This document shows, one piece after another, positions 1 to 12,881 of a stretch of DNA of 64,000 nucleotides. Location: positions 112,406,001-112,470,000 of the forward strand of contig OZ024740.1 of assembly GCA_964016885.1 (NCBI GenBank), written 5' to 3'. Source of the stretch: Eledone cirrhosa. Its lineage: Eukaryota. Under the pieces are notes generated by a model, which saw nothing but the letters and a program-made list of their open reading frames with translations, ran no database searches and had not been told where the DNA came from. The first letter of the stretch is position 1, and the number at the start of each line of letters is the position of its first letter. A program made the position numbers and the translations under genes.

Positions 1-50
1 TATGCATCAAAGCATGGCGTCCAACCCTCTACCGATACTGTCAATCCACC
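1..50 (-). mobile_element. 5' head of tRNA-derived SINE (family A), rest outside window
   Basis: Reverse complement GGTGGATTGACAGTATCGGTAGAGGGTTGGACGCCATGCTTTGATGCATA matches the 5' end of the copies at 9050, 25237 and 31351. Confidence 0.85.
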
Positions 51-97
51 ATTATAATGAAATATAATATAAATCTAAATATTTCATTAGCCATATA

Positions 98-1321
98 TCA
101 TCATCATCATCATCATCATCGTTTAACGTCCATGTTCCATGCTTGCATGGGTTTGGACGGGAGTTTTCCCACTTGAGGCAAGAGTGGTTGTCTTGCTCGC
201 ATAGGACTGTCTGGCGGGTTTTCTACAGCTGGATGCCCTTCCTAACACCAACCACATTTACAGTGTGGGACTGGGAGGTTTTTACCGTGTTACCTACACG
301 GCCACATTACAGCGTGGACTGTGTTTTTTTTTGTCATGACACCTACACGATCTCATATGTTTCGGCTGGATGGTGTGGCACCAACATAACTTTACATTGA
401 AAGGGGCGGTGTGGATGGGGTGGGGGTGGTGGGACGAGGGTGTATTTTGTTAGAGATGCCTGCTGACTGTAGTAGGTTTTACTTTGTATTTAGGTAACGC
501 GGGTCTTCTCTATTACTGAGTACCGCCAAAGGTCTTGGTCCAGTGACATTGTCTTGGAGAGGTGTAAGTGTGTGAGGTCGGAATTTATCAGCTCGTCCCA
601 GGTTTTTCTGGGTCTGCCTACTCCGTGGCTACCATCTATCTTTATTGCCCTGCACTTTGCTATACAGCTGTCGTCTTTCATGCGCATCACGTGACCATAC
701 CAACGTAGCCTTCTCTTGAGTAAACAACATCTGATCCCTCTTATTTCTAATTTTTTCCTTAGTTCGTCTATGCTTTGTCGTTCACGTATATTACTATTAC
801 ACATCCAGCGGAGCATGCAAGCTTCATTCCTCTTTAGTCTGCGTATATCCTCTGCACACAATGCCCTGGTCTCACTGCCATGCAACATTGCTGTTCGTAT
901 GCAGGCATCATACAACCTGCCTTTCATTTTTAGGGAGAACCCTTTAGCGGCTAATAGTGGTATAAGCTCTCTGAACTTTTTCCATCCAGTTCTGACTCTA
1001 GCTACTGTACTTTCAGAGCACCCTCCCCCACTGCTGATTTTGTCACCCAGGTAACGGAAGCTGTCCACTATTTCTATAGAACCCTCTGCGCAATTGAAAG
1101 AGCTAGTATTTTGTGGGCACTTGCTGCTACTTATTGCACCAGAGCACCGGCCACATGTAAAATCTGTGTTCTTAGTTAGCTTACCTGTGATCCCACTACA
1201 TCTTTTATGCACCCATACTTTGCATTTGGGACATAAAATGGAGTTTCTACCTACGCCTTTCCTACACACTGAGCATGGCCATTTCCCGGAAGGGACCGGC
1301 GCCTTATTTTCTTTCCTACAT
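98..1321 (-). mobile_element. 5'-truncated RTE-clade non-LTR retrotransposon (RT C-terminus + 3' UTR + (GAT)n tail)
   Basis: Open frame 490-1323 with VDSFRYLGD (last RT motif), RRLRWYGHVMR and GRPRKTW, typical of RTE-clade C-termini; ~370-bp 3' UTR ending in CCATGCAAGCATGG stem-loop and (GAT)n tail at 98-120. Confidence 0.9.
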
Positions 1322-1323
1322 CT
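490..1323 (-). pseudogene. Truncated LINE ORF2 fragment: PHD-type zinc finger plus RT thumb region
   Basis: CSVC-x10-CPKC-x4-HKRC-x14-CGRC = C4HC3 pattern just upstream of YLG motif; no stop codon across ~277 codons; no start of its own. Confidence 0.85.
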
Positions 1324-1345
1324 GCCTCCTTTCAGCTTTGTTTAT

Positions 1346-1391
<46 letters not shown>

Positions 1392-1443
1392 ATATAAAAT
1401 AAGTTATATATAACTTGGTGTATGTGTGTATGTGTATATATAA

Positions 1444-1509
<66 letters not shown>

Positions 1510-1565
1510 TATATATAATATATATATATATATATAAACATAAACAAAGCTGAAAGGAGGCAGAT
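1320..1565. repeat. 31-bp inverted repeat enclosing a (TA)n tract at the LINE 5' junction
   Basis: ATCTGCCTCCTTTCAGCTTTGTTTATGTTTA (1320-1350) is the exact reverse complement of 1535-1565. Confidence 0.9.
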
Positions 1566-2052
1566 AGGTTGTGTTGTATATTAAGAATTTATAATAAATT
1601 ACTTCAAAAGCAAGCAAAACTGTAAAATGAATGAAGAAGTGAGTAATGGTGTTGTGGTGGTGATTGTTATAGTTATGGTATACGTGATGGTGGTGGTGTT
1701 GTAGATGGTGGTATTGCTGTATGTAATAGTGATGATGTATGTTGTAAAGCTGCTGGTGGTTTATGTAGTGCAAGTAGCAATAGCAGTGGTGTGTTGTTGT
1801 TGTTGTTGTTGGTGGTGGTGTTTGTAGTTATACTGGTGGATGTGTCAGCAGTGATGGGTGGGTTATAGTGGTAGTGAAGGCATGCATTTGTGTATGAGTG
1901 GGTTCTTCAGACATTTGGTGTGGGCTATTTTAGGGGATTTGATTTAATTTTCTGTTAGAAAAGAAAAATAAGCAATATTCATATCTATCTTTCAATTTAT
2001 CCCTTATGTGTGTATGTCTATTTATTATTACATATACACATGCATGAACGTG

Positions 2053-2138
<86 letters not shown>

Positions 2139-2669
2139 GAAACAACGTATGATGATGAAATGGTTTTTGTTACCTAGGGAACTTATGCTATTCTACAGCA
2201 GCAATGGCACTATGGTTGTTGTATATATATATATATATGTATTATATGTGTATATATATATATATATAAGTGTCTGTTGCTGCTGCGGTTAGTGGTGCTT
2301 CTGATAAGGCTGCTGTTGTTGCTGCTGCACATGATAGTACTGCTGCTGTTGCTGATAAAAATCTGTTTATTTTAAGCTTCATAGCTCTCAACAGCAATAT
2401 ATCAAGAATCAAACTACAGGCCTTCATCCCTACTGTGACAAACCAACCAATGGAAGAATATGGTTTATTGTGCAATAGGTGAAGATTTTTCCCTTTATTG
2501 GAGATTGGATTGCTTCTCATAAACCATTCCTCCTGACATGCTGGAACCAACTTTTTCTCTTCCAAACACCCCAGACCCTGTCCAGAACCTTAACAAAATA
2601 ATAAACAACAACAACCCTGCTCTTTCCGTTCCTTAAAATGAATAAACAAAGAGAAAAGAAGTGTGCCTA

Positions 2670-3060
2670 TGTGTGGTATAGTGTGGTAGATATGTTGTAT
2701 GTGTGGTGTATATGTGGTATAGTATGGTATATGTGGTGTATGTGGCATAGTGTGGTAGATGTGTTGTGTGTATGTGTGGTGTATGTGGCATAGTGTGGTA
2801 GATGTGTTGTGTGTATGTGTGGTGTATGTGGCATAGTGTGGTAGATGTGTTGTGTGTATGTGTGGTGTATGTGGCATAGTGTGGTAGAGGTGTTGTGTGT
2901 ATGTGTGGTGATATATATGTTTTATAGTGTAATATATGTGTTGTGCGTATGTGTGATGTATGTATTTTTTTATATGCTATAGTGTGGCATGTATGTGTGA
3001 TGTATGTGTTTTGTATATGCTATAGTGTGGTATGTATGTGTGGTATGAAGATATATGTGT
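2670..3060. repeat. 43-bp GT-rich minisatellite with degenerate flanks
   Basis: GGCATAG recurs at 2744, 2787, 2830, 2873. Confidence 0.85.
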
Positions 3061-3334
3061 GTGAAGTGAAGTAATAAAGCTAAAGTAAAAGCTACCAATA
3101 ACACACCTATGTTTTAAACTAAAATTGATGAAGATAAGAGAAAAGTGTGTTTTATGAAACACCGATGAACTGGACTTGAAAGGGTGAGATGAGAGGGACA
3201 ATGTCTTTGTAGCCTGGGTGTTTACACAGGTATTCATTGCAGATGAACTAATGAAATACATCTCTTTATAGCTTTTTTAGGGTGTACTGCTTACTGCTTT
3301 ATGTTGCATCACACTGGTGAAAAAGGGATGCCAA

Positions 3335-3373
<39 letters not shown>

Positions 3374-3432
3374 TACATACATACATACTAATACATATAT
3401 ATATGCACTTGCTAACACACACACTCATGTGC

Positions 3433-3488
<56 letters not shown>

Positions 3489-3967
3489 GTACACATATTC
3501 ACGTATATATCTATGCACTTGCGTAGACATAGACATACACACATCTATATATATTAAATATACATATATTAAGTGAGGTAGTAATAAGGGTGGGGCTGCT
3601 GCACTAGTTTATGATGAGAATATATGTATGTATGTTATATAATGGTTGCTGGGGCAGAGGTAGGTTGGCCAAGAGATTTTAGGGGTTATGGGGAATAAAG
3701 AGGTTAGATTAATTCTGAGTAAGCAAGGCACCACCAACCACCATCACTACCCATACCACAACCAGCTATAAAGCATCTGTCAAGTGAAAAGTAAAAATTG
3801 GAAGAGAACCTCTTGTGATCTTTCAACCAACCCTTATTATTAACATTGTTGTATATGAATATCGAGCAAACAATCTCATGATGATGAAGGTGATAAATTC
3901 ATTTTAGTGTTGCTTTTGCCTGCTTTTCTGTATTGATTCTTTCCATTCCACCTTGTATTGGAACCTT

Positions 3968-4177
3968 TATCACCATCATCACCATCATCACCACCATCAC
4001 CATCACCACCACCACCATCACCACCACCATCACCACCACCATCATCACCACCATCACCACCCCCATCATCATTATCACCACCACCATCATCATCATCATC
4101 ACCACCATCAACATCATCATCATCATCACCACCATCAACATCATCGTTATCACCACCGTCACCATCTTCATCATCAT
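3968..4177. repeat. (CAC/CAT)n trinucleotide microsatellite
   Basis: Direct inspection; source of poly-H/poly-P/poly-D ORF artefacts. Confidence 0.95.
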
Positions 4178-4324
4178 GTTTACATTCACTTTCTAGCATT
4201 TATTGGACATTCTTTTTTGAGGCAGCTTTTCTATACCCAGATACCCTTCTTGATTCCAACCTTTACTTTAACATGCTTGAATTTCTAAGCTACGGGACAT
4301 ACAGAAACATCACTACTTGTTTAA

Positions 4325-4545
4325 CCCTTTAGCATTTAAACCAGCCGTATCTGGCCAGAATTCTCTCACCTCTTTCTGTTCAAGCTGGCCCTAACTGGCC
4401 ACTCATAGTGATGTTAAGGTATTGTTCTCAAAATAAATAATATAAAAATTTCATAGATTCGATATTATGTGAAATAATTGTGTGATGTAAAGTCTTTACT
4501 GTGATAATACAATGGTAAATATAGAGTAATGTAAATACTAAAGGG
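4325..4545. mobile_element. piggyBac-like MITE (family P1)
   Basis: TTAA on both sides (4321-4324, 4546-4549); termini CCCTTTAGCATTTA ... GTAAATACTAAAGGG. Confidence 0.85.
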
Positions 4546-5059
4546 TTAAATGTTGTAAATGTGAAGATATACACATTGAAACATATCTATTGAAACACAC
4601 ACAAACACACTCATACTAGCTTCTGCACAGTTTCCATCTGCCAAATTTTACTTACTGTAGCCTGAGGCTATAGTGAGAGATACTTGCCCAAAGTATCACT
4701 CAGTGGGATTGAAACTCTCCCTCTCCCCTCCCATTCTATTTTCGGGAAAAAAAAGTCCCTTGTGAACATGGTGGAGATTAGATGAGTTAAAAAAAAAGAA
4801 AAAAACTTAGGAAATATAAATATTTCTTAGCAATCCCCAGCAGGTACTTTTCTATAAATTCAAATGGCTGAGAGGTGCTTATCTGTAATATTAAGGGTAC
4901 CCCCTCCCTCCCAGCTACTGTTTTTGTATTGATTCTTTCCATTCTGCCATGTATTGGAACCCTTATCATCATCAACATCATCATTTTTATATTCACTTTC
5001 TCCATGCTGGTATTAATTGGATATAATTTTTTTTAGGCAGCTTTTCTATACCCTTTTAT

Positions 5060-5360
5060 TTGCTTCAATCATTAGATTGAAGCCATACTAGGACCCTGTT
5101 TTGAAGTGGTATTTATTTTATTTATATCTTTTTGTAAAACTGCTAAGTTACAAGACATAAACAAACAATAAATGTAAACACACACATGTATACACACACA
5201 CACACACTCACATATGCTGGGCTTCCACACAGGTTTCATCTACCCAATTTCACTCAGAAGACATTGGTCAACCCAAGCCTATTTTAGATAAGTGTTATAC
5301 AGTGGGGGTGAACTTGAAACCATATAGTTAGGGAGGAAACTCCTTAACAACACAATCATG
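5060..5360 (-). mobile_element. Degenerate octopus-type tRNA-derived SINE (family C)
   Basis: GGGCTTCCACACAGGTTTCATCTACCCAATTTCACTCAG...GTGGGGGTGAACTTGAAACCAT; related copies near 4285-4715(-), 26895-27050(+), 27965-28220(+), 30745-31035(+), 31905-32050(+). Confidence 0.7.
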
Positions 5361-5571
5361 AGTTGGATTTATATAGCAGAAAAGTCATTATTTTACAGGT
5401 TAATTAAAACAAAAACTAATGAAAGTTTAACATAACAGTTTTTGCCATAAAAAGGGTCTCTTGTCTGATAGCCAACTAGTGCAAACAACAGATGTTTCAA
5501 TCTTGTTCATCAGTGATGCATATTTTTTAATAAATTATCAATTATTTTGTGGTAGTTGTTGTTGTTGTCAA

Positions 5572-5882
5572 GACACATGGCTCTGTGATTAAGGTATTCT
5601 GCTCCCAATCGTAAGGTCATGAATTCGATTCCTGGCAATGCATTGTGTCTTTGAGCAAGACACTTTATTTCACGTTGCTCTTGACCACTGAGCTGGCAAA
5701 TATGAGTTATAATTTGAAGGGCCAGCCTTGTCACGTTCAGTGTCATGCTGAATGTTCCACAGAACGATGTTAAGGGTATGTGTCTGTGGAATGCTTAGCC
5801 ACTTGCACGTCAATTTCACGAGCAGGCTGTTCTGTTGATCGGATCAATTGGAACACTCATCGTCATAACTGATGGATTGCCT
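5572..5882 (+). mobile_element. tRNA-derived SINE (family B) with A/B boxes and conserved central TTGAGCAAGACACTTTA block
   Basis: TGGCTCTGTGATT (A-box-like), ATTCGATTCC (B-box-like), TGAGCAAGACACTTTATTTCAC; similar body at 47020-47250. Confidence 0.75.
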
Positions 5883-6234
5883 CCTAATTGTTATTGTTGG
5901 TGTCATTGTTCTATTGGATCTGAACATGCCATTAGCTCTTAATAACCTGTAATGATTTAGCAGAACAAATCTAAAAACAGGTTTGTTACTTCATGTTTAT
6001 TGTATCTTTACTACTGAACTGAATGTTACGAACATTTGCAATAAATACTTTAATTTTTAATGTGGTGCAACCATAGTGGAGGTGTGTGGCCTAGTGGTAA
6101 GTGTGTTGGACTTACAATCTAAATGTTGTGGGTTTGATTTCTGTATTGGGTTGTGTTTTGTGTTCTTGAGCAAAACACTTCATTTCACATCGGTCCTGTA
6201 TACTCAGCTGAAAATGAGTACCACCAGCAGCTGG

Positions 6235-6518
6235 AGGTTTGACTGGCCTCTTATTAGGTTACATCTCAAAGGAGGTTTCTTTATGTTTTAATGATAGGGT
6301 GTCCAGCAATGTGAGATACAAGATGAAATGAAGTGTCTTGATTAAGAACACAATGCACTGCCCAATTTAGGAATTGCACCCACAACCTTATGATTGTGAA
6401 TGCAATATCATAACCACCATGCAACCTGCAATCATTTTTCATTTCGATTATATAAACTCCAGTACTTTACTGGTATAGGTGGTGAATTGGCAGAGTGGTT
6501 AGAACATCAGATAGAATG
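6235..6518 (+). repeat. 284-bp direct repeat, copy 1
   Basis: Near-identical to 7759-8042 (about 4 substitutions seen, no indels, offset 1524). Confidence 0.9.
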
Positions 6519-7294
6519 GCATTCTGTCCAATAGGGAGTCTTGTACTCTCAGTCACTTAATATCATGAAAACTGGGATAAGCACTGGCCTGATGAGCTTC
6601 CAGGATCATGATAGACTTTAGACAGTCATAGTGTTGTTTTGTACTTTTCAAGAATGCCTTGCTAATGTGGTAACATGTGGTACTGGATTTTAAGAGACAA
6701 TGTCTACAGTCACCTCCAGTGCCATATTACTGGGGTGCATGGTGGTGCAGTTACCCCCCCCCCCCCAAAAAAAAATGGCGGAAAATTTGGTTTTGTCAGA
6801 AAATTCTTAAATTTAAAAAAAAAATATTGTATACTTTACTCATTTATTTTAATTACCCAAAACATAATAAAATATATACAATAGAATAAATGCACCCAGT
6901 ACACTTTCTAAAATTAGTTATTTCTGTTGGAAACCCCCCAAAATGATAGGAGCAATAGACTTATGGTTACACCAGTTGCAGCTATTACAAGCCAACAAGG
7001 GAGTCTTTATATGGTTGATCAATCTTGTAAATATAGCAACAAAACCTCTTTCAAATGCCATTATCATTTCCTTTTAAAGTGAAAATTGGAACATTCTAGT
7101 TCTTGATGGGACCATCACAGCTGGGATGGTTTTTATCATCAAATAACTCTGCTCAATCAACCCTGACTCTAGGCTAAACAGCAACAGCATATGTAGCTAG
7201 ATCATCTACACCTAGCATCTTTATGATGGTAATTTATTTGTCATCTTCACTATAGTCACACACCATGACTATGGAAAGGGTGGGTGGCATTACT

Positions 7295-7345
7295 GTTACC
7301 ATAGTAACAAAAAGGGGGAAGGTCTTACTTAATCACCATGGCAAC
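7295..7345. promoter_or_regulatory. Pair of RFX X-box-like motifs
   Basis: GTTACCATAGTAAC (7295-7308) and ATCACCATGGCAAC (7332-7345) versus consensus GTTNCCATGGNAAC. Confidence 0.4.
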
Positions 7346-7758
7346 AAAGAAAAAAATATTGATGTTAGTACTGATATAATTTAGGGGTCTTACAACAGGT
7401 CATGTTGTAATAACAGCAATAACTGTAGCAATTATAAATCCCATTTATTTCTATAAACTGATTGTTGGGCAGATCGGACCAGCAAAAGTGCACTTAATAA
7501 TATCAGCAGCAACAACAACAACAACTACTACTACTACAACTATAGCTACAAGCCTTCTGCAGCAGAATCATTCTCATTGTTGTGAAGTAATTAGTTATGG
7601 ATATTAGCATCATAGGTGTTGTTGTTGTTGCAGGGACAAACTATAGTAATGATTGTTTTTAATTTGGGCACAAGGCTAGAAATTTGATGGGGAAGGAAAA
7701 GTCGATTGTATAGTAATGAAAAGTAAAACTGAAATTTACAGCACATGCCTACCTATGC

Positions 7759-8042
7759 AGGTTTAACTGGCCTCTTATTAGGTTACATCTCAAAGGAGGT
7801 TTCTTTATGTTTTAATGATAGGGTGTCCAGCAATGTGAGATACAAGATGAAATGAAGTGTCTTGATTAAGAACACAATGCACTGCCCAATTTAGGAATTG
7901 CACCCACAACCTTATGATTGTGAATGCAATATCCTAACCACCATGCAACCTGCAATCATTTTTCATTTTGATTATATAAACTCCAGTACTTTACTGGTAT
8001 AGGTGGTGAATTGGCAGAGTCGTTAGAACATCAGATAGAATG
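7759..8042 (+). repeat. 284-bp direct repeat, copy 2
   Basis: See 6235-6518. Confidence 0.9.
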
Positions 8043-8712
8043 CTTTATGGTATTCATTCCGGCTGTCTACTCTCGGAGTTCAAATCCCATTGAGGTCAAC
8101 TTTGCCTTTCATCCTTTCGAAGTTGATAAAAAAAGTACCAGTCAAGTACTGGGGTTGATACTTGTATGTTTCTTTCTCGTTTCCTCTCTCTCACTTTCTA
8201 TCTTTTACTGGAAGAAATCTGCTGTACTCAGGCCTGGTGAAGGATGGGCTACGACAGGATTAAAATGTCCAAGAAATGCTGTGTCAGTACAATGCCCCTC
8301 TGACTCTATCAGGAGGTACAGGACCATACATACATAATACTTTACTGGTACTTTATTTTATTGACCTCATGGAAGGATAAAAGACAAAATTAACCATAAT
8401 GGTATTAGGTTTTGAACATGAAGAACTGGTACAAATACAGCAAAAATTTGGCCCAATGCTCAAACGATACTGCCACACCATCATGCCTTATTGAAATAAT
8501 TTCTTTTACTTTTCGCATGGCCAGCAATTTGAAAGGAAGGGGAAAGTTGATAAAATCGACTCCAGTGAGTTACTGATACTGTATTTTATCGACGCTGTAA
8601 GGATGAAGGGCAAAGCTAACCTCAACAGGATTTGAAATCAGAACCTAAAGGGATGTAGCTCGATGCCATAAAGCATGTTGACCAATGCTCATATGATTCT
8701 GCCAATTCATCA
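8002..8712. mobile_element. Cluster of older degenerate family-A-related SINEs (8002-8160 +; 8340-8480 -; 8500-8712 -)
   Basis: GAGTTCAAATCCC B-box and GCCTTTCATCCTT...GATAAAA..AGTACCAG block or its reverse complement. Confidence 0.7.
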
Positions 8713-9049
8713 TACTCTATTGAAATAATGATTGATTGGTTTTATCCCATAAATAGTAAAGATAAAAATAAATAAATAAAAAATGTTAAAATTGTAAAAT
8801 ATGTATAAAAGAAATATATGAACGAACAGATAAATAAATAAAAAATAAAACATAGCAGTGGTACAGACTCTTAAAGACGAGCAGAACTGCTTGGAAATGG
8901 CTGACATGTTTAAAGTAGAAAATATGTAAGGAGAAATATGAAAATGTTTCAGAAATCCAATTAAAAATGGAATTCATACATATATATATAAATAAACGGT
9001 GATGATGATTATAGATATATATAGATATATATAGATATATATATATAAT

Positions 9050-9235
9050 TGTTTCTACTTTTGGCACAAGGCCAGCAATCACCAGTGCATTACTGGTACT
9101 TTATTTTATCGACCCCGTAGGGATGAAAGGCAAAGTTAACCTCGGCGGGATTTTAACTCAGAATGGCAAGGGCCGTAACTCTATGCGTCAAAGCATGGCG
9201 CCCGACTCTCTACGGATACACCCAATCCACCGCCA
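9050..9235 (-). mobile_element. tRNA-derived SINE family A
   Basis: Full ~185-bp copy; flanked by TATATATATAAT repeats. Confidence 0.9.
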
Positions 9236-10534
9236 TTATATATATATAATGTATATATATATAAATATAATATATAAAATGTATATATGATGTATGTGCT
9301 TGTATGTATATATGTATATATATATATAATGTATATAATGTATGTGTGTGTATAAATGTGTATATATATATATATATAATGTATATATGTGTATGTATGT
9401 ATATATATATATATAATGTATGCATGTATATATATATGTGTGTGTGTGTATATATATGTGTGTGTGTATATATACACACATATATATATATATATACATG
9501 CATACATTATATATATACATACATACACATATATACATTATATATATATATATATACACATTCATACACACACATACATTATATATATATACATATATAC
9601 ATATGTATGTATATTTATATGTATGTATATTTATATGTATGTATATATCTATGTATGTATGTTGTGTAAAGCTTATATATGTTTTAAAAGATTATGTAGG
9701 CACAGAAGAATGGCTAGCGGTTTTCCTTGATTCTATGAATGTATGTGTAATAAAGCCTTCCTCATAACCTCACTAAATATAAATGGAAATATTTAGTAGG
9801 AAGTGACCTCAATTATAGTAGGAGGCAAAAGGGTTCACAACATATAGATGGAGAAGAAAAACTATGTTTCTGTATGTCTGTTTGTTTGTATATGTATATA
9901 TATAATAAACATAAGCATATATAGCATGGAAAAATGGTTAAATGATGATGATGATAACAATTATATATGAGTGTATGTATATATATATATATATATGTGT
10001 ACATATATATATATATATATATACACACTCATACACACACATATTTATATCATTGTCACTATCACAATCATTTAACATCTACTAGCAGAAAACCACCCGC
10101 GGTTGGTTTTCTGCTAGCATGTGTAGTGTGTATATTGATATTATACGCAAGTATATATACATGTAGATATAATACATCAAATAAAATCGTAATTGACAAT
10201 ATAAACAGAAATTGAATGAAGACGTTGTTACACTGTCTTATGTAATCAGTAACGTAATCCATGACACATTAAAAAAAGACGATATTATGCATTAGGAGAA
10301 AATTGGTGACAGAAAATTAGTATGTTTATTTAAGTGATCACCACCAGAAGTGTTGACATCACACACTCTCTCTTTCTATATATATGGTAGTTGAAGTGGT
10401 GGTGGTGGCAACGATATACCTGAAGTGCAACTTTGAAAAGAAGTCAACTTTAAATTATTTATTTTTACAAAATTATTTTTGTTTACGAAATTTAGTAGAT
10501 AAATTATGTAATAGTCATTTATTATTTATTCAAA

Positions 10535-10718
10535 GGCGGTGGATTGGCAGTATCGGTAGAGGGTCGGACGCCATGCTTTCCAGCATAATTACGTCCCTTT
10601 ACGATCTGAGTTCAAATCCCGCCGAGGTTGACTTTGCCTTTCATCCTTACGGGGTCGATAAAATAAAGTACCAGTAATGCACTGGGTAATTGCTGGCCTA
10701 GTGCCTAAAGTAGAAACA
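10535..10718 (+). mobile_element. tRNA-derived SINE family A, full length with 15-bp TSD
   Basis: A box TGGCAGTATCGG, B box GAGTTCAAATCC; TSD ATTATTTATTCAAAG at 10521-10535 and 10719-10733. Confidence 0.95.
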
Positions 10719-12881
10719 ATTATTTATTCAAAGTAATCCAACTTATTTTACTAACGGGATAAAAAAAATAAACTGTACGCAGTCCTGCAGACCTTCCTTT
10801 ATTATAGTTTAGATTTTCTTTGATAGCATTTATAATATATATATATATATATATATATTCACTAAAACAGTTTTTCTATAATGAAATTTCCGGCTGCTAA
10901 ATGTTTTCAATCCAGAGATTCAATATACTTCTTGTGTTTCAGTTAAGTTTGAAAATAATCAAGAATTTACCTTGATTTACTAGAGGAACCAGCTTTGCCA
11001 TTTTTAAGTTGGTGGTTTGAACATAATATAATTTAACAAAAGATTCTTACATAAATTTATAATGGAAGGTTTTAAAATGAGACATGGCCTACTGTCCATC
11101 TGGGAAAACAATAGTTCTGATTAAGTAGTAACTTCCAGTCCATCCAACCCATGACCGCCATGGTGTAGATGTTGAAGAATGCTTTAAAATGTGTATTACA
11201 AGACCAAAGACAATTTCAAGCGGGTTGGTATAAAAAGGGTTAAGGAAAATAAGCCCATCAATTCAGCATGTTAATATGACTCATATGACTACCCAACTAT
11301 TACATCAAACCTTGTTTAGAACATAAAATACTCTATTTTCTTCCTGTCTATCAATTAATATTGTTATAACTGAGATTAAAAAAACCCCAATATATTGGAG
11401 GGTTGGCACCTAGGTATTTAATGCCCAAGTTTAATCTTACAATGTGAGCTCTCTTTTCCTGGTTATGCATCACATTCTCCCAAATAAAATAATTTTAGCT
11501 TTAGAGTTTGGCAAGGAATTATAATATTTGACACTTCTTCTGACAGCACTATGAAAATTACTAAGCTCACCTTTTTACTACTCAGTCTACACTCACCAAT
11601 GTCAAATACTGTTACAGGTCACAACACTCTACAACCCTCACCACCACTTTGAATATTTCAACAACGCTGTTACATAGACAAAGATGTTTAGTGATTTATT
11701 TATTGATTGCAGGAAATTATTATGATATATTTAAGTTAATTTATCTAAATCAGACTAAAACTAGGATGTAAAGGCTCAGTAATGTGACTCACTGAAGTTT
11801 TGTGCCCTAGACATCTGCCCAGTTGACTTTATGATAGCCCCCAGCCCTGGTTGCTATTCTTCTTGTTGTTAATCCCTTAACTAAACAAGTGAAAGATTAT
11901 TCTATCTACTATATCAATGTGACATTTGCCATCTCGTCTCTCCTCTACATCACACCTAAGAAAACAAATGTTTTAATCTGTCAAAATAAATCCAATAATA
12001 TTTTTTCTGTTTGTTTTGTTTACTGTCATTTACTAAAAAAAAAATAAATAAATTAGAATTAAACAAAATTTTCTGTAAAACGTATTTTTGTAAAGCAATT
12101 AACTTTCGACAATTATATTTTTCATTTAATTCTCTTAATCTGTTTATGTTTATGTTGTTGTTGTTGTTGTTGTTGTTAATAGTAATATTACTACTACAAC
12201 TACTACACTATTATTAGTATTATCTAATAATTATTTGAGAAAACCTTACATGAAAATTATAACAACGAAAATAATAATATTGAAAATAAACTAAAAACAT
12301 CAAAAAGAAAATTATTATTTATTTGAAGGGTATTAAACATTTTAAAGCAGACAAAATATAACAAGTGACAGAAAGGAATTCTTTTTGAAAAAAATAATAA
12401 TTTAACATTGGACAAAATTTGCAAGTTCTGAATTAGTTATGAAAATATTTCTCTCATTAATCAATGAGTCTTTTCACTTGATGTTTCTAGTTGTTGTTCA
12501 TCTTCTTTTCCGTCTTTTGAGTTATTTTGATATATTAAAACTCCTTCCTCTATCTTTCTCTTTGTCTTTCTCCTTCTCTATCTCCCCCCCCCCTCTCACT
12601 TACCCCCCCCCTCTCTATATATATATTCCTCTCTCTCAGTCAGTATATTTGTCAAGACAAAAAGGTCGGGGTGGGGGTTCATTATTCAGAAATGTATTTT
12701 TTCATGTGATGGATTCCTTTAGTAAAATATTTGAAGCATATTAAAGTCAGTAACAGGAAATAAGGAATAGATTAAATATTTCTTGTTTAATCTATTGAAA
12801 TTCATTGCACTTCCTTTAATTCTTTCATTCTTCTACCATTGATAGTCGTTTGACTGTGGCTATGCTGGGGCACTGCTTTAA

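Noticed and set aside
6586-6600. Hammerhead core CTGATGA
   Set aside because: No matching GAAA and stems; lies in a decayed SINE-like tail
6235-8042. LTR retrotransposon or TRIM
   Set aside because: No TG..CA termini, PBS, PPT or TSD; the repeat consists of SINE debris
10535-10625. tRNA gene
   Set aside because: A/B boxes belong to a multi-copy SINE head with TSDs; no canonical cloverleaf
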